From positions 11,261-75,260 of the forward strand of contig CALWPK010000001.1 of assembly GCA_944383415.1 (NCBI GenBank): a stretch of 64,000 nt of DNA. Reading direction: 5' to 3'. The notes below the pieces were generated by a model that did not search any database, had not been told where the DNA came from, and saw nothing but the letters and a program-made list of their open reading frames with translations. Origin of the DNA: an uncultured Clostridia bacterium (lineage in GTDB: Bacteria; Bacillota; Clostridia; Christensenellales; UBA1242). Within the stretch, counting starts at the first letter, position 1; each line of letters begins with the position of its first letter. Below are positions 55,737 to 64,000 of the stretch, one piece after another. The translations under genes and the position numbers were made by a program.

Positions 55737-56525
55737 TTACACTGGTTCAAAATAGGTGTGGAATTCCAATCTAAAGTTATCCACGTTGAGAGTTTCTTCA
55801 TAGGCATTATCCAACACGACTCCTCTACACAGATTGATAGTTTGTCCACCCTTAATTGGCTGGCTACTATAATAATATCCATCATCACCATTGTAGAAAA
55901 GATCTCTATTCGGATAATACACTATAATATTCTCTAATGATTCATCATTCTGGAAAACATCAATTCTGAATCGCACATTGAAATCCCCCCTACTCTCAAT
56001 TTTGATGCTGAACTGTGCACGCAAGACGCGATTTCCCTGCAGATTGTTTGGAGTCCTGAATCTGCTCATTTCCACCCCATCAACTACATAGGTGGCATTG
56101 CAATTGCCGTGTGTATATAAAAAACAATTGTTCTGCAAATACACCATAGTTGCGTATAAGACTATACCCAAAATTGAAGCCAATAGCAAGACCACGAGTG
56201 CCAAAATGATGACACGATTTCTTTTCGTTCTGCTCCTATAATATTTTAAATTTTGTTCGTTGAGTTCTTCCAACTCTTCCAGTGCCGTACTGTTAGACAT
56301 CTGTCGTGATTTGGTCAAGGGAATGTCTTGATATGAAAGACTATTCGTCTGAAGATTTTGATTATTTTTTTCTTTCTGCTTTTTTTCTTTCTTTAACTTT
56401 TTTTCCTTTTTCTTCCTATTCTTGTCATCTTCAGGTTCGTAGTTGTTGTAGATGTCAATTGGAAAATCCGCGTAAGTATCTAGTGGCAAATCATTTTTTT
56501 CGTATTTATTGAAAAAATGTTTCAT
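55737..56525 (-). CDS. Bitopic membrane protein (262 aa), last gene of the SipW cluster
   Basis: GGGGGTGA SD lies 10 nt after the upstream stop. It has a ~100-aa Lys/Glu-rich cytoplasmic N-terminus (KKKEKKLKKEKKQKEK), one TM (VIILALVVLLLASILGIVLYATMVYL), and a ~140-aa beta-rich ectodomain. Confidence 0.75.
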   Translation of the reverse strand: MKHFFNKYEKNDLPLDTYADFPIDIYNNYEPEDDKNRKKKEKKLKKEKKQKEKNNQNLQTNSLSYQDIPLTKSRQMSNSTALEELEELNEQNLKYYRSRTKRNRVIILALVVLLLASILGIVLYATMVYLQNNCFLYTHGNCNATYVVDGVEMSRFRTPNNLQGNRVLRAQFSIKIESRGDFNVRFRIDVFQNDESLENIIVYYPNRDLFYNGDDGYYYSSQPIKGGQTINLCRGVVLDNAYEETLNVDNFRLEFHTYFEPV

Positions 56526-56535
56526 ACTTCACCCC

Positions 56536-57198
56536 CTACGCCTGCGGATCGACATCATATCCTTCCACCGTTAGCACCAACTTCAAGTTGTTGCCATTGA
56601 TGGTCGAATAGTTGCCCGCGAATGCAAAGTCCGAATACGGAATCATAAATGATCCAATCAGGGTAGCATCATCTTGAGAAGTAAGTGTCTGATTTTCCCC
56701 CTCATTGTTTCGATAATAGAAATAGCCGTCCGTAGGATCGTATACAAAGCCATTTGAATTTCCCGTAGGTGTAGTATACCCAGAAATGTTGGGATGAAGC
56801 AAAATGTCATAATTATTGCCACAAGCGTACAATTCAATTTTGTATCTAACATACAGCGACTGATTTCCTTCATCACTATTCCTAAGAACTAAATTCAAAG
56901 TATAATTTTGATCTGGGACTATCTCTCTAGAATCTGTCCCGTCCGTAATATCAATATAACTAGGAGTAGTAGCCGTCTGATTGTCCTCATTGGTATTAAT
57001 CAACACCTCTGTGCCGTCAGTTTTGACTTGATAGAGTTCTATGTCAATCTGACCGATATGTACTTCTATTTCTATTTTCTTGTTTTCGCCCGAAGTAAAC
57101 CACGAATTTGTGATCCCTATGATCGCCAAGAAAATACTCAACAGTAAAATCATTACTGTCAAAATCTTTAATTGAGAATATTTTTGAAATCTTTTCAC
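56536..57198 (-). CDS. TasA/camelysin-like secreted protein with SipW-cognate-type signal (~220 aa)
   Basis: GTG 57198 overlaps the upstream TAG (TAGTG) and lies 11 nt after GGAG; the ORF-track TTG at 57207 sits too close to the SD. Signal ...LLLSIFLAIIGITNS-WFTSGE, then IEVHIGQIDIELY, parallel to the neighbouring paralog. Confidence 0.65.
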   Translation of the reverse strand: MKRFQKYSQLKILTVMILLLSIFLAIIGITNSWFTSGENKKIEIEVHIGQIDIELYQVKTDGTEVLINTNEDNQTATTPSYIDITDGTDSREIVPDQNYTLNLVLRNSDEGNQSLYVRYKIELYACGNNYDILLHPNISGYTTPTGNSNGFVYDPTDGYFYYRNNEGENQTLTSQDDATLIGSFMIPYSDFAFAGNYSTINGNNLKLVLTVEGYDVDPQA

Positions 57199-57875
57199 TA
57201 TGCCCAACTCTCCAGATACCCCCAGCCGTCATTAAAGACAGAGAGATATGCTTGATTTTCTGACTGAACTGCCTCAAATGTTATAGACAAATTGATCTGC
57301 GAATTCAACAATGCCACAGGAGCAGTTTCCAACAATTTTATTGAAGAAGCGAACACTCTTCGAACATTACCAGCCACCTCTTCTTCAATGTAATATATCG
57401 CATTTGTCTCATTGCCAACTGTAAGGACACGCCTTGTGACAAAATTTCCACCCTGAAATTCGAAATACTGCCCATAATTTACCGATTCGTCAATCGTTTC
57501 ATTTATAACCTTATATGCGTTGATTCTATATCGGATATAACTCGGAGTCGAATCGGACGTACTGCTGAATGCTAAATATTGAATGTCCGCACCAGATTCC
57601 GTTGCCAGATATATCGTGCCTCCTCTTGAAATCACTCCTGTTGAGTCGCTAGGATATATCTTCAGAGTATCTGTATCTACAATTGTGTCTACGTTGTTTG
57701 ACCTATAGGCGAAACGTATATCAAGATTGGAAAATTGAATATTCCCAGTCACTCGTTTGCTTGCCGTAAAGTATGCATAAGTCACATTGAAAGCAAACAA
57801 AAATATTAGAGTCAATATGACCAATAGCCCCAATAATTTAATTTGTTTGCTCGTATTTTTCACGCCACTCCTCAT
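57198..57875 (-). CDS. TasA/camelysin-like secreted protein with SipW-cognate class signal peptide (225 aa)
   Basis: ...LTLIFLFAFNVTYA-YFTASKRVTGNIQFSNLDIRF. The T-[YF]-A-x-F-[TN]-[DSA] motif is the hallmark of SipW substrates (TasA ...GTWA-AFND). C-terminal ...ITFEAVQSENQ. ATGA overlap with the upstream gene. Confidence 0.7.
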   Translation of the reverse strand: MRSGVKNTSKQIKLLGLLVILTLIFLFAFNVTYAYFTASKRVTGNIQFSNLDIRFAYRSNNVDTIVDTDTLKIYPSDSTGVISRGGTIYLATESGADIQYLAFSSTSDSTPSYIRYRINAYKVINETIDESVNYGQYFEFQGGNFVTRRVLTVGNETNAIYYIEEEVAGNVRRVFASSIKLLETAPVALLNSQINLSITFEAVQSENQAYLSVFNDGWGYLESWA

Positions 57876-60250
57876 TTAAAATAATCTTCAAATAATGCTT
57901 GCACTTCGCTTCCCCAACTCGCTAATGTATTAGACGTATATGTATCGGTTGCCACAATTGTGGTAAGCGTAGATGGTGTATTGCTTGACATATTTAGGCG
58001 AATAATTTGTCCAGGTCGTACTATGCCAATGTAATAATTATAGTCGCCAATGCGTTCAACATTTGGGACGGAAGAATCCACCGAACCTGTAAATCTCACG
58101 TAATACGAGTTGGTAGAACTGTTGCTAATATATGCGTACTGACTAGTGCTATTGACGATTTCAATTCTGTTGTCCACCCTATTTGATGCTCCTTGTGCTG
58201 ACATCGTGAAAACTAATTCATTATTCGTGTTTGATATGACTACGCTTAAAATTTTTGCACTCTCATTTGGTTTGAGAGAAAGAGATGAAGAAACGTATCG
58301 ATTGCTAGACAAAGTGAAATTATTGTATAAAGTAGCATTATTAAGACTTATATTTGACGTCGTATAAGACAACGAATAATATTGATTGCTAACCCACTGG
58401 TCAAATCCAAACGGATTTGATTGCACTTGTATATACTGCCCATCGCTTAAATAATAATATGTCCAGAAACTGCTTTCCCAATCGCTAGGTTTAACTGTCT
58501 GGAGAGCATAGGTAGGCACGCGTTGAGAAAGGTTGATTTGTGCACTGACATTGGAGATAACTTCGTTTGATTTATTTTTCACATTAAAAGTGACTGTTGT
58601 ACTAGAACTTCCGCGCACAGCACTTGCCTCAACTTCCAAAGCATTAGTTGTGATAGAATCACTCACTGTCTGATAATTAATATCGGTGACGACGAGTTCT
58701 ACCCAAGCATCATATCTTCCAGAATATCGTTGCAAAATCGTGTTGGCTAGCGAGACACTAAACGAACTGCAAATATTTATTGTCGTGTATGGTGCAATGT
58801 AGACATTGCTACCTATATTGTTCGCTGATAAACTGATTGCCATAGAATCTTCTTGCCTATACCAAAGATTGCTAGAATTGGAAAATGAATCTCCTTCATG
58901 CACAGTATGATTGCCATTACTAAGAGTATATTTTAGTTCAAATGTCACACTGGTTACTCTTATTTTTGAGGAAGTATTGTTGCTAAGGCTAACGTTCGTA
59001 TTAAAGGTCTGGCTACCTCCCGTCATACCTAGTGTGACATCGTATAATCCAGGCAGGTATTTACCCGTGTTGATGACCTCTATATCTTGTTGCTCATAAG
59101 GAGTCGTATCAGAAAATGTCCCAGCAGATTGAATATCCGTTGACAACATTCCGTTCGTAAAATTCGAATTTGTAAATGTGACATTGTTGAAGAGAAGAGA
59201 TGTGGAAACGGCAAAATACGAGTAGTTCTCCAACGCTGACACTGTTCTACAAGTGATCTCAATGCTATCTACAAGGTCAATATACACTGCTGAGTTCGCT
59301 GGAATGGAATATCTATAATGCACCATTTCAAACGTGCTATCCACTTGATAACCTTCAAAGATCCAATCATCAGAGTAATTGTATAAAATATTGTTATCTA
59401 TGACCGACAAGGTCGTATCCTCAATCGACTGCCACGAACCAGACGCCGAGATACTGATTGTGACAGGGCTATTACCAGTGATGATATATGCCGATAGTCC
59501 AGCATAATATCTATTCCCGCCTGCCCAAATTGATGAAATCACTCTTCCGTCCGTCACCGACTTGTAATACGCACTCTCGACACCTGGATGAGTGACATAA
59601 TACTGACGTTCAGAACGCTTATTATAAAGCAAAACATAGGCATCACCTGCTATTGAAGATGGATTTTTATATTTTAGCCACGCATCACCCGCTTCACTGT
59701 CAATGTAAAGCGGATGACTTTCAGAATAGGACTCCATTTCCTTATAGACTCTAACTTCGTCAATATTGATCGTGAGGGATGCTCCGATGTAGGATTCGTC
59801 CTCTTCATCAATGAAATCCACACCTGTAAAGATGCTGAGCGTGCCATTTCCTGCTGGTATTGTATCTTTGTAATAAATATACTCATTGTCAACTATATAA
59901 CTATCTCTATTCGCAAAGTGCAAAATCACATTGTTGATATCGTTATTTATTCCGCCCGTCCACTCTAGCGAATATTTTATGCGTATGTCAAAATTGTATC
60001 CAAAGGAGTATTTTATTTTGACCTCTTGATTGTGAAATCCTTGAGAGAATAATATAGGATTGTCTATAGTGTCGTTTACAATTGCGTATTGCTGATTCGT
60101 TGCATAAGTCGTAGTAGAATATGAGTCATTACCATATTCTGAGTTTAAAATCTCCATAGCGAAAGTGTATCCTATAGAGAATGCAAAGACTAGACCTAAC
60201 AATAGGTTCAATATAATTATCAAATATTTCTTTGTCTTTGCTCTTTTCAT
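57872..60250 (-). CDS. Large secreted protein (792 aa) with a TasA-type N-terminus
   Basis: TAATG overlap with the sipW stop. MKRAKTKKYLIIILNLLLGLVFAFSIGYTFA-MEIL. Asn/Ser/Thr/Tyr-rich beta-type sequence with no recognised catalytic motif. Confidence 0.7.
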   Translation of the reverse strand: MKRAKTKKYLIIILNLLLGLVFAFSIGYTFAMEILNSEYGNDSYSTTTYATNQQYAIVNDTIDNPILFSQGFHNQEVKIKYSFGYNFDIRIKYSLEWTGGINNDINNVILHFANRDSYIVDNEYIYYKDTIPAGNGTLSIFTGVDFIDEEDESYIGASLTINIDEVRVYKEMESYSESHPLYIDSEAGDAWLKYKNPSSIAGDAYVLLYNKRSERQYYVTHPGVESAYYKSVTDGRVISSIWAGGNRYYAGLSAYIITGNSPVTISISASGSWQSIEDTTLSVIDNNILYNYSDDWIFEGYQVDSTFEMVHYRYSIPANSAVYIDLVDSIEITCRTVSALENYSYFAVSTSLLFNNVTFTNSNFTNGMLSTDIQSAGTFSDTTPYEQQDIEVINTGKYLPGLYDVTLGMTGGSQTFNTNVSLSNNTSSKIRVTSVTFELKYTLSNGNHTVHEGDSFSNSSNLWYRQEDSMAISLSANNIGSNVYIAPYTTINICSSFSVSLANTILQRYSGRYDAWVELVVTDINYQTVSDSITTNALEVEASAVRGSSSTTVTFNVKNKSNEVISNVSAQINLSQRVPTYALQTVKPSDWESSFWTYYYLSDGQYIQVQSNPFGFDQWVSNQYYSLSYTTSNISLNNATLYNNFTLSSNRYVSSSLSLKPNESAKILSVVISNTNNELVFTMSAQGASNRVDNRIEIVNSTSQYAYISNSSTNSYYVRFTGSVDSSVPNVERIGDYNYYIGIVRPGQIIRLNMSSNTPSTLTTIVATDTYTSNTLASWGSEVQALFEDYFK

Positions 60251-60831
60251 TATGCGTCGAGTATCCTCCTATCACGTTTGAATTCTATCTCATTTTGCAC
60301 TGTAGCGCTAACGCACCAGATCGATACAATAATAGCGATTATCAGCAGTTTATGATCCCCAATGAAATTGAAGTACGATCCCCAGTTGTCGAAACTCGCC
60401 ACAACTTTTCCTTCAATTTTTGATAATGTGACGCGCTGAATACTGATATCCTGTGATATTTCTTCCCAAGTCATATTTCCCAAATCTTCTGACGTCAGGT
60501 CATTCACATTATCACCGTGACAAAGATAATAAGTCGTGCCGTTTACTTCTCTGATCTCTAAGAGTCTATGAGTAGTAGGAGTACCCGAACTATCAAATTT
60601 TAAGATATCACCGACCTCGTATTCGTCTTGCGCTTTCACTACAACCATATCGCCCGCCGTAAACACTGGAGCCATACTGTCTGACAGTACTTCGTATGGC
60701 CTAAATTTGAAGCCATACACAAGTACCAAACAAACTACAAGTATAATACATATTGCTAGCACAATATTATACATCAAAAGTTTAAAGAAATTGAATGCTT
60801 TGTTCTCCAAAATTTCGTCTGAATAATTCAT
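60250..60831 (-). CDS. sipW: Signal peptidase I, ER/archaeal type (SipW-like)
   Basis: 193 aa. N-terminal TM, catalytic Ser box VLSDSMAPVF, His box PTTHRLLE, HGDNVND, and a C-terminal TM LLIIAIIVSIWCVSATV as in SipW. Confidence 0.85.
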   Translation of the reverse strand: MNYSDEILENKAFNFFKLLMYNIVLAICIILVVCLVLVYGFKFRPYEVLSDSMAPVFTAGDMVVVKAQDEYEVGDILKFDSSGTPTTHRLLEIREVNGTTYYLCHGDNVNDLTSEDLGNMTWEEISQDISIQRVTLSKIEGKVVASFDNWGSYFNFIGDHKLLIIAIIVSIWCVSATVQNEIEFKRDRRILDA

Positions 60832-60842
60832 CTGTTCTCCTT

Positions 60843-63800
60843 TTACTCTATATAGGTATTGCCAGAGACAATCACATTCGTCTGACTACTATAACCATAC
60901 AATCCGATAGCAATAATGCCTGTCGAAGATAAACTAGTTTCATTGATAAATTCATACGCAACGACACAATCGGTCACTTGACAATCCATTGAATCTATTG
61001 TGGTCAATCTTCCTGCCACCGCACCAATGTAGATTGATGAAGATGTGGAATTGATAATGCCAATATCGTAGGTCAAATTGATCGTGTTGCCTAAGATGAT
61101 TCCGCTCTGACTCGTTCCTGCGATTGCACCGATATTTGTATCGTTGTTGATTCCAGTATGGACAATTGAACCATTCGATGTGCTATCTTCTACTCTTGCT
61201 CTACTGATGAATCCTACCACGCCACCTAAGTTGCTAGCATAGATGTTGTTGAATGTTACGTAGGATGTAGCATTGAATATTCCAGTATTTCTATCGCTAT
61301 CTCCTATCAAGTATCCAATGAGTCCGCCAATGTGAGAGAATGTCCTATTCGTCTTGGATTGAGTGATAGCAAATTCTACCGATGTCTCTCGTGTGCTAGA
61401 CGAATTGATCGTTGTGCCAGTGGCATTACCCACGATTCCACCAATATAACTGTTTCGCGATGTGAAGTCTACGTCAAACTGAACCTCTACCTCCAATATT
61501 GAGCCTGAAATGGTCGTATTTTCAGAAATACCAATCAATCCACCAATGTAGATATTCTCTGTCAATCTTCCATTGCCTTGCAAAACGAATTTGAAATTAT
61601 GCAAAGTGATATCTTCTATGGTTGAATTGTTCGCATTGTTGGCTATCAAAGATAAGTTTATCACATTATCATTCGTTGACGCAAATGAATAGGATATTAT
61701 TGTGTCCAAATTGGCCTCTCCAAACACAATATTTTTGATAGTCGCACCATTTAGTGCGTTGAACAATGCGAATTGAGAGACTTCGCTGACTGCTACGCTA
61801 CCAAATCCATATATTGCAAAACCCTGTCCATCCAAACTGCCCGAGAATGAAGAAGATATTATCGAACCTTGAGAAGTGATCAAATCCGCCACGTTTGTAC
61901 CTGCAAAATTGATTGCCGATATTAGTTTGAAGTTCGCAGAATTGAAGTGGTCGATTCTCAACAATTCGATTGCAGAATCAATTCCATAAGGATCCTCTGC
62001 CGTGCCAGAACCTAAACTATACATATCCATAGTGATATTTTGACCTCTGCTGGTGGTCGAATATAGAGTACCCTCTCTTTCTACCTGAACTGTGAAGTCT
62101 GAAATTGTGCCCATTACAGTAGGTGCATAGAAGTAATATGTGATTTCATTTGATACGAAGAATGTGCCCACTTGATTGTAATTATACACGACTTCGACAC
62201 GTCTTTCGCTGTCTAGGACAATGCCGTCAGCAGACTCTACAAATGGACGGAATTGATATACAATGTGCAATTTATCTCCATCGCCGAAGTCTGACGCCGT
62301 AGTCCAATAGTATCTATAATTCTCTTCATCGTACACTATTGTACCGACTGGATTAGGTCTATCTTTTGAACTAGTATACGTTGCGATACCGCTATTGAAT
62401 ACATATCCGTCACCTACACCAATCGCCCTAATAGACACTGTATATTGTCCGATCATACCATCTGGAGCAGAGATTGAGTTTTGTTCGCTTCCTACTAAGG
62501 TCTCTTCATACGTTACCAATTCGCCACCAGCATTGGTGTATTCAAATTTCACCCAATATCCTTGAGCGGCCTCATTTTTCTCCCACGTGATGTTGTTTGG
62601 ATTCGTGCTATCTACTCCAATAGACTGCACGACATCTAGTTTCGTGAATGTGTTTGTCGAACTGGTGATCCTTGAATGAATGCTATCTTCGCCTATCGCC
62701 CTAATACCAACAGAATATTGCCCTACTGGCAAGGCTCTACCTAAACTATCAACTGCGTTTTCGAAATCTATTGAATTTTCACTCACTTCAAATTCGAAAC
62801 TTCCAGCACTCGATGTGAGTGTCACGATATAATTGATAGCATTGTAGATATCGTTCCAAGTGAGTATTCCGTCTTGAGATTTTAGTTCGCTATCTAGCAC
62901 TCTATCCAGCCTCGTCATAAAGATAGATTCTGAATAATTGCTATTCAGCACTGCCCGTTCCCCATTGCTCGTGCCTGCGACATACAATCTCACAGAATAG
63001 TCAACTCCCGCATCAATATATGTCATTCCAGTGCCATCGTCCAAGCGGTATCTATCGTCAAGGAAGGTATAATAATGATACTGATATGTTCCATCCTCAT
63101 CATATCTATCACCAGAGGTAGATATTGTGATGGACTTTCTTTGATTGTTTTGGTCAAAGAAACTGACTTCTATAGACACTGTGGTGTAACTATTGAGATC
63201 TAGCACTTTCCATTTCAATACGCCGTCTTCAATCCTGAGATTTTCTCCGTTTACGGTGCTGATTCCGCTAGATTTCGCAAATTCTAGTTGCCTATCCACG
63301 CCATTATCTTTGATATAACTAGCATTCAATGCACGTTGATTTCCTCCAGCAAGCCCTTTGACCTTGATAGAATATTGTTGAGTATTTTCGATATATAGCA
63401 CTCTACCAGTGCTATCCTCTATGTTGGATGGCAACTCATAAGTAACAATATGATTGATCGAATCTATGCTCACTCCCTCACTGTCACGAGAGATCTCGTA
63501 TGTATAACTCGTGCCAGCATCGTCCGTTATAGTCAACTCGTAATCATAAATATAGACAGTCGTATTTTCACTGCTGAATGAAGATTGACTAAATTTCAGC
63601 ACTCCATCTTCTGCATATATAGATGTGTCCGTAATTTTGCTGAATAAATAACTATTATTAGGATTTTTCGAGTTCAATAGATAGTCGGATGAATTCTCAA
63701 CTGTTGCGTTGCCAAGTCCCGCAATTGTACGAACAGATATCTGATAACTGCCCGCCGAGAATATATAATTTCCGCTTTGGTCTAGGCAGTTCGACATATC

Positions 63801-64000
63801 AAATAGCACCGCCTGCATTTCATCATATATGATTTGCACATATATTGCGTCAGGATCGTCTATTATACTACGCGCACTCGCTTCGTCATCATAATATAGA
63901 TATACAATCTTTGTATCCTGAGTATTCAATCTTGTTATTGTCAATTCATATAGAGGTCTATCGATCACTTCGCCCGTTTCTTCATTCGTAGGGCTTTGAT
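60843..64000 (-). CDS. Large FN3-like plus GLUG-repeat surface protein, C-terminal >=1052 aa (5' end outside the window)
   Basis: The frame stays open upstream of the ORF-track GTG (63968) to the window edge (...QSPTNEETGE-VIDRPLY). It has repeated 'DGVLKW.../DGILTWNDI...YIVTL/ITWEKNEAAQGYWVKF' FN3-like units. These are followed by an entry segment ...DPYGIDSAIELLRIDHFNSANFKLISAINF...FSGSLDGQGFAIYGF and then turns IGGLIGIS, IGGIVGNA, IGGLIGYL, LGGVVGFI. Confidence 0.85.
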   Translation of the reverse strand, partial: QSPTNEETGEVIDRPLYELTITRLNTQDTKIVYLYYDDEASARSIIDDPDAIYVQIIYDEMQAVLFDMSNCLDQSGNYIFSAGSYQISVRTIAGLGNATVENSSDYLLNSKNPNNSYLFSKITDTSIYAEDGVLKFSQSSFSSENTTVYIYDYELTITDDAGTSYTYEISRDSEGVSIDSINHIVTYELPSNIEDSTGRVLYIENTQQYSIKVKGLAGGNQRALNASYIKDNGVDRQLEFAKSSGISTVNGENLRIEDGVLKWKVLDLNSYTTVSIEVSFFDQNNQRKSITISTSGDRYDEDGTYQYHYYTFLDDRYRLDDGTGMTYIDAGVDYSVRLYVAGTSNGERAVLNSNYSESIFMTRLDRVLDSELKSQDGILTWNDIYNAINYIVTLTSSAGSFEFEVSENSIDFENAVDSLGRALPVGQYSVGIRAIGEDSIHSRITSSTNTFTKLDVVQSIGVDSTNPNNITWEKNEAAQGYWVKFEYTNAGGELVTYEETLVGSEQNSISAPDGMIGQYTVSIRAIGVGDGYVFNSGIATYTSSKDRPNPVGTIVYDEENYRYYWTTASDFGDGDKLHIVYQFRPFVESADGIVLDSERRVEVVYNYNQVGTFFVSNEITYYFYAPTVMGTISDFTVQVEREGTLYSTTSRGQNITMDMYSLGSGTAEDPYGIDSAIELLRIDHFNSANFKLISAINFAGTNVADLITSQGSIISSSFSGSLDGQGFAIYGFGSVAVSEVSQFALFNALNGATIKNIVFGEANLDTIISYSFASTNDNVINLSLIANNANNSTIEDITLHNFKFVLQGNGRLTENIYIGGLIGISENTTISGSILEVEVQFDVDFTSRNSYIGGIVGNATGTTINSSSTRETSVEFAITQSKTNRTFSHIGGLIGYLIGDSDRNTGIFNATSYVTFNNIYASNLGGVVGFISRARVEDSTSNGSIVHTGINNDTNIGAIAGTSQSGIILGNTINLTYDIGIINSTSSSIYIGAVAGRLTTIDSMDCQVTDCVVAYEFINETSLSSTGIIAIGLYGYSSQTNVIVSGNTYIE

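Noticed and set aside
1-64000. Alternative genetic code (TGA sense), CRISPR arrays, tRNA/rRNA genes, IS elements or prophage
   Set aside because: recD2 ends at a TGA where homology ends, and all conserved proteins translate full-length with code 11. No repeat-spacer arrays, no tRNA T-arm/cloverleaf candidates, and no transposase, integrase or phage structural motifs were seen on either strand.

Overview
AT-rich chromosomal window from a low-GC Gram-positive-type (Bacillota-like) bacterium. This placement rests on the S10/spc operon order and on SpoVG, SpoIIID, ComFC, RecD2 and SipW. The standard code applies (recD2 ends in TGA). I saw no rRNA, tRNA, CRISPR array, transposase or integrase. Nearly all genes lie on the minus strand. 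Housekeeping content: the complete S10-spc ribosomal protein operon (rpsJ to rpsN plus the first codons of rpsH, 1..6685); rpmE, prmC-prfA, murC, spoVG; rplJ-rplL with an L10-leader attenuator; recD2, comFC, ttcA, spoIIID; and a minimal sufC-sufB/D pair. Promoters read clearly, many as TTGACA-17-(TGn)TAGAAT/TATAAT, and most operons end in hairpin plus T-run terminators. Accessory content dominates the rest. (1) A single 21.5-kb ORF (30434..51910) encodes a 7,158-aa modular surface lipoprotein built from GLUG-like beta-helix repeat modules, with an internal TM hairpin near its C-terminus. (2) Two paralogous GLUG-repeat proteins are present (16168..19431, and 60843..>64000, which runs off the window). 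(3) Directly downstream of the second paralog lies a tightly coupled gene chain (60831..55737). It contains an ER/archaeal-type signal peptidase SipW, three proteins with SipW-cognate TasA/camelysin-like N-termini (792, 225 and ~220 aa), and a bitopic membrane protein. I read this as a candidate multi-subunit SipW-dependent fibre or pilus locus. (4) A HipA-like kinase with a long C-terminal extension (25640..27235) is followed, not preceded, by an overlapping HipS-like small gene. No HipB is present and the promoter looks leaderless. (5) A plus-strand islet of orphan genes (7448..9813) includes an RNHCP zinc-ribbon protein. (6) Several spacers are extremely AT-rich (6-9 % GC by direct count). 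All functional calls come from motif recognition by eye; no database search was possible.
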